Assembly (NCBI GenBank): GCA_964529025.1
Contig: CAZGUZ010000004.1
Location: forward strand, 4,805-68,804
DNA length: 64,000 nucleotides
DNA from: an uncultured Candidatus Saccharibacteria bacterium
GTDB taxonomy: Bacteria; Patescibacteriota; Minisyncoccia; Phycocordibacterales; PALSA-1337
Direction: 5' to 3'
Positions within the stretch are counted from its first letter, which is position 1; every line of letters starts with the position of its first letter. The notes beneath the pieces are model-generated. The model made no database searches. It was not told the origin of the DNA and saw only the letters and a program-made list of their open reading frames with translations. Positions 1-9,284 of this stretch are shown here, one piece after another. Made by a program: the position numbers and the translations under genes.

Positions 1-202
1 GAAAAATTATATTAGCATGTATGTTTGCTCAATAATTAATGGACAATATGTTGCTGAGAAATACGAAAAAGAGCTTGGTAAGGTGAGTGTCGGCAAAAGC
101 TGCATCCGATTCAATAAGGTCGAGGATATTAATTTGCCGGTCTTGAAAAAGGTAATTAAAGAGGCGGCGAAACGACCCGGTTTAGTTATGGATAAAAGGT
201 AA
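1..202 (+). CDS. DUF1801-like small protein, C-terminal part (ORF may extend upstream of window)
   Basis: Translation CIRFNKVEDINLPVLKKVIKEAAK resembles the conserved C-terminus of DUF1801/YdeI-like proteins; the frame is open to position 1. Confidence 0.45.
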   Translation, partial: KNYISMYVCSIINGQYVAEKYEKELGKVSVGKSCIRFNKVEDINLPVLKKVIKEAAKRPGLVMDKR

Positions 203-224
203 AAAATGATATAAGATAAATACT

Positions 225-425
225 ATGAAAACATTAAAATGCGACATGTGTGATCACGAGGAGAGTGCGGAAACGTTCGAGGAGTGGATGAACAAGCTAA
301 AGCCACATTGGGGATCTGCTCATGCGGAGGACATGAAAAAACACATGAATTTGCCGCCAGAAGAGCAAAAAGCACTCATGCAAAAGTGGATGGCCGACAA
401 CAAAGCTCGTTTTGACGTGGCATAA
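225..425 (+). CDS. DUF1059-like small Cys/His-containing protein
   Basis: 66-aa protein MKTLKCDMCDHEE... has the size and N-terminal MKxxxCxxC pattern of the DUF1059 family. Confidence 0.5.
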   Translation: MKTLKCDMCDHEESAETFEEWMNKLKPHWGSAHAEDMKKHMNLPPEEQKALMQKWMADNKARFDVA

Positions 426-444
426 AATTAGAAACAATTTCAAT

Positions 445-753
445 ATGAATAAAAACGTTATTGTAGAAATCGCACAATTCAAACTTGTAGCAGGCGTAAG
501 CGAGAAAGATTTTTTGCAAGAAGCCGAAGTGGTGCAAAATAATTTTCTTGAAAAGCAAAGCGGCTACATAGACCGCGAGCTTCTAAAAGACAAAGATGGT
601 CAATGGGTGGATATTCTCCACTGGAACTCAATGGAAGAAGCGCAGAAAGCTGCCGAAGTGATGATAAGCGATCCCGCAACACAGGACTTCATGCAAAAAA
701 TCGACCCCTCAAGCGTCAAGATGTTGCATTTGGAAATTGTAAAGAAGTATTAA
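445..753 (+). CDS. ABM (antibiotic biosynthesis monooxygenase-like / Dabb) domain protein
   Basis: About 100-aa protein with ABM-fold-like sequence (VIVEIAQFKLVAGVSEKDFLQEAEVV...WVDILHWNSMEEAQ). Followed by a stem-loop terminator at 779-818. Confidence 0.45.
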   Translation: MNKNVIVEIAQFKLVAGVSEKDFLQEAEVVQNNFLEKQSGYIDRELLKDKDGQWVDILHWNSMEEAQKAAEVMISDPATQDFMQKIDPSSVKMLHLEIVKKY

Positions 754-778
754 CTTACAAATTACAAGGGAGCAACCC

Positions 779-818
779 TCGCCGTTTTATAATGTTTGCT
801 AAAAACGGCGGGGACTTG
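779..818 (+). terminator. Rho-independent terminator hairpin (cgccgtttt...aaaacggcg)
   Basis: Inverted repeat cgccgtttt / aaaacggcg immediately after the stop of the 445-753 ORF. Confidence 0.5.
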
Positions 819-819
819 T

Positions 820-1480
820 GCGCGCACTGGGCGGGTGGGGCAAGCACAAAGAGTTACCACGAACACCGCCGAAGCCACAGAGCGAACACGAAGCAACACC
901 GAGCAGGCATCGTGAGCGGAGCGAGCGACCAGTGAGAGGTGCTTGCGAAGTGCTTGCGAAGTGTGAGCGGACTACCGAACTACCACAGAACGCGGAGACG
1001 GGAGCGCCTCGGGCCGACGCAAACGACGGAGAAAAGGCGGGCGTAAAACTGGCAAAAATGCTAAACTACACTTATAAGCCTTTTTGGAGGAGTGAAGCGG
1101 CGGCGGCAAAACCAAAAATTTCCTTCCTTTCAAATGTTCCGCTTCGCGGCGGGGGGTGTGGGGGGAGCCGCAAATAAAAATGATAGGAAATTTTTGGGTT
1201 TTGCCCCGCGCGAGCTTGTCGAGCGCGGCCGAGGCGCAAGTATCATTCGTCAAAATCCTGCGGATTTTGCCCGAAATACATTCGAACTTCGTCCAATACA
1301 CACCGCAATGATCAGAGAAGACGGCTTAATGCCGTCTGAGCTGAGCATTAACGCGCGAGAAAGTGAGATTCGAAAGCCGGAGCGCGACGGCGCGAGGCGG
1401 GGTCGCAGGCCGAACCAGTAGGTGAGGACCTGTGACCGAATCTCCCTCTCTCCGCCGTGACAATAAAGTATCAGAGTTTA
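820..1480. repeat. GC-rich non-coding region holding two copies (E0 about 880-1000; E1 about 1340-1480) of a repeated GC-rich element family
   Basis: No protein-like ORF on either strand; GC far above flanks. E1 shares gtgagattcgaaagccggagcgcgacRgcgcgaggcgggg...gtgaccRaatc with the copy at 2195-2300. E0 (gagcggagcgagcgaccagtgagaggtgcttgcgaag) resembles the copy after tRNA-Tyr at about 36060-36110. Confidence 0.5.
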
Positions 1481-1547
1481 CCTGTGTGCTTATGTAGGCA
1501 GTCTGACCCGAATACTTAAATATAGTGACCTAGGCTATAATGAACCT

Positions 1548-2057
1548 ATGAACAAGAATATAATTATTACCGTTCAAGCATTGGCACTTTGTTTTGTTGG
1601 GTACTTCATATTTCAAAATACACAAAACTCTGTTAATGCAAATCTAACTCAAGTCGGCGGTATTGATTGGAATAAGCCCTTTGAAAAGAATCTTGCGCTA
1701 GAGGATATCTATAATAAATCGGATAAAACCATCTCACATCATACTCTTTGTATACCTGTTAAAAAATTTCACTGCGATGCTAGTTCTTGCGAAAGTACTG
1801 ATCCTAAAGTTTTTAATTTAATTAGTGGTAATAGAGAGAATCTTATTGTTTCTCGTTGTGATGCTAACGGGTGTGATACCTATAAGTCAGTTTTTAATGA
1901 TTCGGGTGAGTATAAAAATATTCAACCTATAGATCCAAAGGGATTTTTATTCAAAATGTCCTACAATACTGTCGACAAAAAATTTATAGAGATTACAACT
2001 CTTGGGCTAGATACTTTTGTATCATATGGTTATTGTTTATATAAAAAAGAATTTTGA
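1548..2057 (+). CDS. hypothetical secreted/membrane-anchored Cys-containing protein
   Basis: Hydrophobic N-terminus (IIITVQALALCFVGYFIF), several Cys, AT-rich codon usage; tataat directly upstream. Confidence 0.45.
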   Translation: MNKNIIITVQALALCFVGYFIFQNTQNSVNANLTQVGGIDWNKPFEKNLALEDIYNKSDKTISHHTLCIPVKKFHCDASSCESTDPKVFNLISGNRENLIVSRCDANGCDTYKSVFNDSGEYKNIQPIDPKGFLFKMSYNTVDKKFIEITTLGLDTFVSYGYCLYKKEF

Positions 2058-2194
2058 ACAAATAATAATCTTGATCCACGTGCCTCATATTGGATAGTTT
2101 AAACATGCTAAGATAATCTTACAAAGATTAAGAAATTTGGTGCTTAAACCACATGGCCTGCAACAACTGCTCGAATCGAGCACGTCTCAGCGGG

Positions 2195-2300
2195 AGTAGG
2201 TGTTAAATACGAGAAGGTGAGATTCGAAAGCCGGAGCGCGACAGCGCGAGGCGGGGCCGCGGGCGAATGCACCAGCGCAAGGCTCGTGACCAAATCCTCC
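2195..2300. repeat. copy E2 of the GC-rich repeated element
   Basis: gagaaggtgagattcgaaagccggagcgcgacagcgcgaggcggggccgc...cgtgaccaaatcctcctct is nearly identical over about 60 nt to 1355-1420 and shares the gtgaccRaatc tail. Confidence 0.5.
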
Positions 2301-2326
2301 TCTTTAGTGTATGTAGAATTGGTATA

Positions 2327-2899
2327 ATGTACCCATCAATTATGGAAAAATATCTACCTGAAAACCTGCCAAATATTTCTGAAATAATAAAGGACAATCC
2401 TTCAATTGAAAAAATTGCAAAGTTTTGTAATAAAAGAGAGTTTATTCCTGTTAGGCTTGGTATTGTTTCGCAGCCACAAACGCACTCTAACGTAAGTATT
2501 TATGGCCGTTTTGTTATTGTAAAGCAGAACGTAATTGATAACTTGAAAAATAAAAATAAAAATAAAAATAAAAATAAAAATCCAAAGCCAGAAATTAAAC
2601 AAGATTTTATTGCGTACAATAGAGTAACCGGAGAGGCTGTTTATTACTCAGGTGGTTCTAAAAAAAATGTCAGTCAACATAAAAGTATAGACTCTTTTTG
2701 TAAGGAGTATGGAAAAAAGCAGGATGGTAGCATGGGTCAATATGAATGCTACATCTGCCCAGGGTCTTCAAAAGTAGTAAGATATGAGACAAGACACCAC
2801 TGGTATAAAGACGAGAATGATAAAGAGCTTCCTAAAGAACAAATATTTAGAAAAGAAATTGCAGAAGTGATTAAGAAATTTCGAGCTAAAATTCTGTAA
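2327..2899 (+). CDS. hypothetical protein with internal (Asn-Lys)n repeat
   Basis: ORF with a likely start at MYPSIMEKY; contains KNKNKNKNKNKNP encoded by an (aaaaat)6 hexanucleotide tandem repeat. Confidence 0.4.
   Translation: MYPSIMEKYLPENLPNISEIIKDNPSIEKIAKFCNKREFIPVRLGIVSQPQTHSNVSIYGRFVIVKQNVIDNLKNKNKNKNKNKNPKPEIKQDFIAYNRVTGEAVYYSGGSKKNVSQHKSIDSFCKEYGKKQDGSMGQYECYICPGSSKVVRYETRHHWYKDENDKELPKEQIFRKEIAEVIKKFRAKIL
2546..2581 (+). repeat. (aaaaat)x6 hexanucleotide tandem repeat inside a CDS
   Basis: Six perfect 6-nt units read directly in the sequence. Confidence 0.8.
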
Positions 2900-2940
2900 A
2901 AATTTTCTGAACGGCAAAGTCTAATTTGGTAAACATCTCC

Positions 2941-3690
2941 ATGAAAACTCCAATAAACCCACAAACCGGAAGAATATCAATTACTGACATGTTCGGCAAA
3001 GAGCTGGCAGTGCTCTTGTCGAATAAAATTGTTTCTGTGTATAAAGACTTTCCAACCAAAGCATTTTGTACAAGCGTGGGGCATCAAGTTGTCGGTAAGA
3101 GCTATACTCAACGTGTTGAAATCATTGCAGACAATTTAAAAAAGTATTTACCAGATCAGTACGAAGAAGCCGTTTCAATTCTTTCGCAAATACTTGGCCC
3201 AGAAAATACACAAGAAACGGGTATGTTTACACATTTCTATTGGCTCATGCCCGTCGGTAAATTTGTTGAAAAGTATGGACTCGAATACTTTGAGCTTTCA
3301 ATCAAACTGATTGAAGAAATTACCAAAAGAAATACGGGTGAATATGCCATTCGGCCATATGCCCGCAAGTATCCAAGTAAAATACTTGCTGTGTGTGTTT
3401 CATGGGCGCAGAGTGATAATTTTCATTTACGCAGACTTGCTTCTGAAGGGTTACGACCAAAACTGCCTTGGGCAACAAAACTTGATGTATGGAACGATAA
3501 TCCAAAACCAGTATTTGAAATTCTCGAACTACTTAAAGGTGACAGTATTAAATTTGTGAAAAAGTCAGTTGCCAATCATATGCGCGACTGGATAAAGGTT
3601 AATCCTCAAGCTGCGCATAAAATTTTACGCACCTGGGCAAAGTCAAAGAATGAACATACACAGTGGATCGTTAAGTACTCACAAAGGTAA
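2941..3690 (+). CDS. DNA alkylation repair enzyme-like (AlkC/AlkD-type HEAT-repeat) protein
   Basis: Size about 250 aa; motif RRLASEGLRPKLPW and overall helical-repeat composition typical of the DNA_alkylation family. Confidence 0.5.
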   Translation: MKTPINPQTGRISITDMFGKELAVLLSNKIVSVYKDFPTKAFCTSVGHQVVGKSYTQRVEIIADNLKKYLPDQYEEAVSILSQILGPENTQETGMFTHFYWLMPVGKFVEKYGLEYFELSIKLIEEITKRNTGEYAIRPYARKYPSKILAVCVSWAQSDNFHLRRLASEGLRPKLPWATKLDVWNDNPKPVFEILELLKGDSIKFVKKSVANHMRDWIKVNPQAAHKILRTWAKSKNEHTQWIVKYSQR

Positions 3691-5172
3691 ACACTCAAGG
3701 CCTTTAAGAATAGTGTGCGCAGATTTTCGCAGTTCGACAAGTCGCTCGTGGGGAATCTTCTTATAATTTGCTTCAATAAAGCCTAAGCGACCCTCGGTTG
3801 CTAGTTTTGTATGATGAGTATCAATAAAGTTCCAAAAGAGGGTGTCGATGGTGGTGCACCATTCGCCCCGTTTAAAGTAGCTCATTTTAAGAATATAATT
3901 TGATCCTGCTATATATGGTTTTGTTGTAATAAGGCCACCATCCGCATAGAGTGCCATACTATATACATTTGCCACCATTACCCAATCGTATGCATCAATG
4001 TACATTTCCATAAACCAGTGATATGCCTGGTGGGGCTCTATTCCACAAAGATTCATAAAGTTTCCGAATATCATGAGTCGGGGTATATGGTGAGTGTATG
4101 CAAATTTAGAAAGTATATGTACGTGATGATCGATAGGCTCGATATGTGTTGTTCCTGACCACAAAGATTTGGGTAAATTATTGTGTGCATTAAAATAATT
4201 TCCTGAGCGAAGAGTGTTGCCTTCAAGCACATAGAGGGCTCGTATATATTCTCTCCAGCCAATAATCTGGCGAATAAAACCTTCAAGCGATGCTAATGGT
4301 ATTGAAGCCTGAGAGCAATATGCCAGAGTGTATTCAATAACCTGGTGGGGAGTAATGAGTCCACAATTAAGGAGTGGTGATATCGTACTATGAAAAACTG
4401 TGGGAGAACTAGTCGTCATTGCATCTTCATAGGGGCCAAAGTCATGGAGTCTATACTCAACAAAGCTACACATATGCTTGTATGCATCTGCATGTGTAAT
4501 GGGGCACCAAAATTCTTCGGTCTCGCCAAAGTTTTGTGCAAAGTTTTTTTCGACATAGTCTCGAGCTTCATTGATATAGGGCGATGTCTGTCGCACAAAA
4601 GTCTGTGGAATTGTATGGTCGCGTGGCAACTTTTTTCTGTTATCAGCATCATAGCTCCAAGAACCTCCTAAAGGTTTATCTTGCGTAACTAAAATATTGA
4701 GTCGCTTTCGCTGCCAAATATAAAAGTCCTGCATGCTATATTTTCGACGCAAATGATTTCGCTCTGCAAAAAAGTTTTTAAACTCTTGCTCGGGCGTAAT
4801 GAACATGGGGCTTTCAAGAACATTAAATGGAATTGAAAGGGAATTAAGCTTTTCAATAGTTCGCTTATTGAGCCAATTATCAGTTGGATCGTACCATGTA
4901 ACGTGGTTCACTGATTTTTCTGTAAAAGGTATTTTTTGGGTATATTCAATATAGCAAACATTAATGTTGTTATTCACTAAATAATCAAAGTATGCACGCA
5001 TGCTTGCTCGATGGAGTATAAGTTTTTGCTTATGAAACTTAAACTCCGAAAAGAAGAGTGGATCTTCGACAATAAAAACAATATCAGCATGTGCCAAAGG
5101 CGCAATGTCTTTAAAGAGCTGGTGCGGGAACACAATAAAAGCTTTTGTTTGCATACTATTTTGTAATATCAA
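3679..5172 (-). CDS. cryptochrome/photolyase-related protein (COG3046-like)
   Basis: 497-aa protein whose N-terminus begins a Rossmann-like alpha/beta segment; the C-terminal region is helical, rich in W/H/Y as in FAD-binding photolyase domains. Convergent with the AlkD-like gene. Confidence 0.45.
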   Translation of the reverse strand: MILQNSMQTKAFIVFPHQLFKDIAPLAHADIVFIVEDPLFFSEFKFHKQKLILHRASMRAYFDYLVNNNINVCYIEYTQKIPFTEKSVNHVTWYDPTDNWLNKRTIEKLNSLSIPFNVLESPMFITPEQEFKNFFAERNHLRRKYSMQDFYIWQRKRLNILVTQDKPLGGSWSYDADNRKKLPRDHTIPQTFVRQTSPYINEARDYVEKNFAQNFGETEEFWCPITHADAYKHMCSFVEYRLHDFGPYEDAMTTSSPTVFHSTISPLLNCGLITPHQVIEYTLAYCSQASIPLASLEGFIRQIIGWREYIRALYVLEGNTLRSGNYFNAHNNLPKSLWSGTTHIEPIDHHVHILSKFAYTHHIPRLMIFGNFMNLCGIEPHQAYHWFMEMYIDAYDWVMVANVYSMALYADGGLITTKPYIAGSNYILKMSYFKRGEWCTTIDTLFWNFIDTHHTKLATEGRLGFIEANYKKIPHERLVELRKSAHTILKGLECLPL

Positions 5173-5361
5173 GAGCGACGCGTATGGCTGGCTTTGAAAA
5201 CTTAAAACCGGAACCTCCTGTAATAGCTATTTTCATACAAATAGTATACAGCATGTTGTGCGTCACTAGCCTCATAATATATGAAGGTGTTCATATGTTG
5301 ATGCAGCAAACGCATATGTGCCCAAGAATTAACTTTTGATATACTAGTTCTACATACAACA

Positions 5362-5841
5362 ATGTCACAAGAGCAATCACAACAGCAGCAAGCTGAACAA
5401 TTACGCCCCAAAGTAGGCCTCGGTGTCTTTATTGTTAAAGACGGAAAAGTTCTTGTCGGAAAACGAAAAAGTAGCCATGGTGATGGCGAATACTCCCTTC
5501 CGGGCGGCCACCTTGAATACATGGAATCATTTGCTGACTGCGCTCGCAGAGAAGTGCTCGAAGAAACTGGTATAGAAATTACCGATATTGAGCATATGTG
5601 CACTATTAACTTAACGGCATATGCACCTCGTCATTATGTGGCAATTTGTATGCGTGCGACCTGGCTTCGTGGTGAACCGCAGGTACTTGAGCCCGACAGA
5701 ACACATGACTGGATATGGTGTGATATCGATGCTATACCACAACCTCATTACCGTGCTTTAACGCACTATATCGAAGCATATACAACAGGTCGGACCTGTT
5801 TTGATACACAAAGCACGACTAGCCCTTTCGAGAACAAATAA
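5362..5841 (+). CDS. NUDIX hydrolase
   Basis: Nudix box GGHLEYMESFADCARREVLEETGIE (GX5EX7REVXEEXGI). Confidence 0.75.
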   Translation: MSQEQSQQQQAEQLRPKVGLGVFIVKDGKVLVGKRKSSHGDGEYSLPGGHLEYMESFADCARREVLEETGIEITDIEHMCTINLTAYAPRHYVAICMRATWLRGEPQVLEPDRTHDWIWCDIDAIPQPHYRALTHYIEAYTTGRTCFDTQSTTSPFENK

Positions 5842-6865
5842 TAATGTAAGTTACCAAACGAGAATCAGCCGATGTGGTGATAGTAATAGGGTAAGTGGCA
5901 ATAATAGTGAATTGTGATGATTCAAGAGCAAGCTTAAATGTTGCGAGTTCACTTGTATAGGCAATAAGTTTACCGCCAGTGTTTAAATGCTGTTCGGCAT
6001 ATGCAATAAATTCTGTATAAAGTTTTGTAAGGTTGATTCCCTTAGCAATCTTCATACCAAAAGGTAGGTCGGACGTAATAATATCAAAGTTTCCAAAATC
6101 AGGGCGAGCAAAAATATCAGCAACTTTAATTGTTATATTCTTAATGAAGCCAGCATTCTGAATATTGCGTATTGCTCGTGTAGCAGCTTCATTTGAATGG
6201 TCAAAGCCAACATAGTTTAAGCGAGGGTTAATTTGAGCGGCTTCAATAAGGAGTGTTCCGCTGCCAGAAAATATATTCAAATATGATTTTGCTTTAAATA
6301 ATCCGCAAAGACTGTTAATTGCATAAGCAATTGTAGGGTTAAGGCTGCCTTCGCTATGGTTTGTTTTATATCCACGCACAGAAAGCGGTCGAGGGGTCAT
6401 TTGCACTGAAAGCTCCCAATCGTACCCTGGTCGAGCAATTACAATTTTAAGATCAGCTTCTTCTGCCTCGGTGAGCTTATAGGTGCTTTCAATATACTTT
6501 TTAAGCGCAGTTACCGCCTTTGAATCTGAACCAGCACAGCTAATTTTATAGGTTGCAAATTCTCTTGGTTGTGATGATTCATGGAGAACGGTAAAAATAA
6601 GATCACCAAGAAGCGATTTGTGATTTGAAAGATAGTAGGGGTTAAGATGTGTACCTCGGCGCATTAAGCGTATACGAGCAACACTTTTAAGGTTTCTGAG
6701 TGTACTGAATGTTGAAGAACAATCAACAGTTATGCTTTCTTCGCCCGAAGCATCGAGAACTTTAATATCAGAATGTTGAGCCAATTCTTGCACAACAATT
6801 TCTTTAAGACCCTTAAGAAAGTCGAGGGTAATATAGGTAGGTGAGAGGAATTTCTGAGTGCTCAT
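5819..6865 (-). CDS. THUMP-domain class I SAM-dependent RNA methyltransferase (UPF0020 / RlmL-N / Trm14-like)
   Basis: N-terminal THUMP-like region followed by an MTase fold: IFSGSGTLLIEAA (motif I) and SDLPFG (motif IV). Confidence 0.55.
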   Translation of the reverse strand: MSTQKFLSPTYITLDFLKGLKEIVVQELAQHSDIKVLDASGEESITVDCSSTFSTLRNLKSVARIRLMRRGTHLNPYYLSNHKSLLGDLIFTVLHESSQPREFATYKISCAGSDSKAVTALKKYIESTYKLTEAEEADLKIVIARPGYDWELSVQMTPRPLSVRGYKTNHSEGSLNPTIAYAINSLCGLFKAKSYLNIFSGSGTLLIEAAQINPRLNYVGFDHSNEAATRAIRNIQNAGFIKNITIKVADIFARPDFGNFDIITSDLPFGMKIAKGINLTKLYTEFIAYAEQHLNTGGKLIAYTSELATFKLALESSQFTIIATYPITITTSADSRLVTYIIICSRKG

Positions 6866-6933
6866 ATGATATATAATAATATCATAAAATATGAGCGAAG
6901 TAAAGGCTTTTTGTGTCCCACGAGTATCAGGAT

Positions 6934-7869
6934 TTACTGTGTTGCAATGTGAACGTATATATCTTCGAGTGCTTTTACAGCGTCACCTGCTGCAATGTTG
7001 TTTTGATGATAGAGTCCGTCAGTACAATCGCCAGCTGCCCAGATTCCTTTGCATGATGTGGCTTGCGTGCGAGGGTTAACAACAATAGTTCCTACAGGTG
7101 TAAGTTCTACAAGATCTTTGACAAAATAAGTTACAGGTAAAGCACCGATTTCGATAAAGATTCCTGTTGTTGGTATATGTACGATTTTGCCAGATTCTGC
7201 GTTTTTATATGAAATTCCTTCAACAAAACTTGAACCGTGTACTTCGTGAGGAATTGCATTGGTAATAACTGTAAGTTTTGGGTTTTGAGAAAGCTTTTCT
7301 ACAGTAACTGGATCGGCCTTAAATGCTGTACTGCGATTAAGGAGGGTTACACTTTTACAATATGCTAAAAGTTGAGCGGCGCTTTCAAAAGCGGCGTTTC
7401 CACCACCAACTACTACAACATCTTGATCAGCAAAGAGGGGACCGTCGCATGTTGCACAATATGTAAGGCCTTTGTGTTCAAGTTTATCTGCTCCAGGAAC
7501 CTCAAGTTTGCGGCGTGAGCTACCTGTAGTCACTAAAACAGTTTTTGTAGTGTATACGAGCTTTTCAGAGCCTTTAGAGGTAGTTACAGTAAAAGTCCCA
7601 TCTGCATTTTTGGCTACAGTTGAGCATGATTCACCCGTATGAATATCGACAGTTGTGCCCGCATATGCGCGCAAATGTGATTCAAGAGATTTTGATAGAT
7701 CAGTACCACTAATTTTTACCGTACCAATCCAGTTTTCAACACCATCAGAAACTGAACTTTGACCAAGAAAGTCTTTGGTAATAAAAAGTGTACGAAGTTT
7801 TTTTCGCGAAGCATAGACTCCGGCTGCAACACCCGCAGGACCACCACCAATAATTGTTAAATCATACAT
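6934..7869 (-). CDS. trxB: thioredoxin-disulfide reductase
   Basis: GGGPAG FAD motif, redox-active CATCDG, NADPH-binding GGGNAA. Confidence 0.85.
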   Translation of the reverse strand: MYDLTIIGGGPAGVAAGVYASRKKLRTLFITKDFLGQSSVSDGVENWIGTVKISGTDLSKSLESHLRAYAGTTVDIHTGESCSTVAKNADGTFTVTTSKGSEKLVYTTKTVLVTTGSSRRKLEVPGADKLEHKGLTYCATCDGPLFADQDVVVVGGGNAAFESAAQLLAYCKSVTLLNRSTAFKADPVTVEKLSQNPKLTVITNAIPHEVHGSSFVEGISYKNAESGKIVHIPTTGIFIEIGALPVTYFVKDLVELTPVGTIVVNPRTQATSCKGIWAAGDCTDGLYHQNNIAAGDAVKALEDIYVHIATQ

Positions 7870-7904
7870 AATTGTGTGTTCTGCGAATGTATCGCTTATG
7901 ATAA

Positions 7905-9203
7905 TTACTTAATCTTTGAACGTCGAAGAAAAGCGGGAACTGCACCCCATTCATCGTCATCGTTATCAGAAGAATCCCTATCATCCTTAACTGGAGCTGT
8001 AACAGGCTTAATATCGTCAGACTTTGGCGCTTGTGGCATCGAAGGCGCTGAATTTGAAAGGGAATTAAAGATTCGGCCGCGTGGTTTTTCTTCTACCTTG
8101 GGAGCTTGTTCTGGAGCACGGCGATCTTCAATACGTGGTTCACGCAAATCACTACGAACATCAGAACGATTTTCAGAAAGTGGTTGTGGCTTGCGCTGTA
8201 AAATAGTTGCTTGAAGTGGGGGAGTTGGTCCACCTGTTGGCTGCTGACCTTCGGGGAAACCAGAAGCAATAACTGTTATGCGAATCTCATTCTTTTTGAG
8301 TTTTTCATCACGAGAAGTACCAAAGATAACCTTAGCTTGAGGATCAATTGATTCGGTAATAACCTTAGCGGCATCTTGGATTTCGAACATGGTCAAATCT
8401 TCGCCACCAGCAATAGAGAAGAGAACACCCTTTGCCCCTGTAATTGATAGGCCGAGTAGGGGTGAGTTAATTGCCATTTTAGCAGCTTCAATAGCGCGGT
8501 TTTCGCCCGAAGCATGACCAACACCCATAAGAGCTGGGCCAGAGTTTTCAAGAACTGCTCGAATGTCAGCAAAGTCAATGTTAATGATACCTGGTGTTGT
8601 AATAAGGTCAGAAATACCCTCGACAGCTTGGCGAAGTACTTCATTACACATAGCAAAAGCATTTTTTGAAGTAGTTGTTTTGTCGATTGTAGAAAGAAGG
8701 CGGTCGTTAGAGATAACGATAATGGCATCAACTTCTTTGCGGAGTTCTTCGAGAGCGTTTTCGGCAATTCGTGAGCGCTGGGGACCCTCGAAAAAGAAAG
8801 GCTTAGTTACAACAGCAACAGTAAGAGCCCCGAGCTCTTTTGCAGTACGGGCAACAACAGGACTTGCTCCACTGCAGGTACCACCACCCAAACCACCAGC
8901 AATAAATACCATGTCAGAACCTTTAATGGCTTCTTGAACTTCATCACGAGTTTCTTCGATAGCGCGGCGGCCCATATCAGGATTCATTCCTGTGCCAAGA
9001 CCACGGGTAAGATTTTTACCAATGTGAATTTTCTTTTTTGCAAGAGAATTATGAAGATCCTGAGCGTCAGTGTTGATTACGATAAAATCAACGCCTTTAA
9101 CCTTAGAGCTGATCATATGATTAACTGCGTTTCGGCCTGAACCTCCGCAACCAATAACTTTTATTCGGGCAAATGCTTCAATTTCGGGGATGATGTTTGG
9201 CAT
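7905..9203 (-). CDS. ftsZ: cell division GTPase FtsZ with long low-complexity C-terminal tail
   Basis: GGGTCSGASPVVA tubulin signature and N-terminal IKVIGCGGSGRNAV. Confidence 0.9.
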   Translation of the reverse strand: MPNIIPEIEAFARIKVIGCGGSGRNAVNHMISSKVKGVDFIVINTDAQDLHNSLAKKKIHIGKNLTRGLGTGMNPDMGRRAIEETRDEVQEAIKGSDMVFIAGGLGGGTCSGASPVVARTAKELGALTVAVVTKPFFFEGPQRSRIAENALEELRKEVDAIIVISNDRLLSTIDKTTTSKNAFAMCNEVLRQAVEGISDLITTPGIINIDFADIRAVLENSGPALMGVGHASGENRAIEAAKMAINSPLLGLSITGAKGVLFSIAGGEDLTMFEIQDAAKVITESIDPQAKVIFGTSRDEKLKKNEIRITVIASGFPEGQQPTGGPTPPLQATILQRKPQPLSENRSDVRSDLREPRIEDRRAPEQAPKVEEKPRGRIFNSLSNSAPSMPQAPKSDDIKPVTAPVKDDRDSSDNDDDEWGAVPAFLRRSKIK

Positions 9204-9284
9204 GTGGGTAATAAGATATTCATAATTCTACCAAATACAATGAGGTGAACGCAATGCCACACACGAGCACTCTGTGTTCTGGTA

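Noticed and set aside
818-1421. Six-frame ORFs inside the GC-rich block (818-1177 +, 972-1301 -, 1092-1421 +)
   Set aside because: Translations are Arg/Ala/Gly/Pro-rich low-complexity strings with no start context. The region is better explained as non-coding repeat elements.
2203-2397. 64-aa minus-strand ORF overlapping element E2 and the start of the NK-repeat gene
   Set aside because: It lies antisense within the GC-rich repeat element and has Arg/Ser/Pro-rich composition, so it is spurious.
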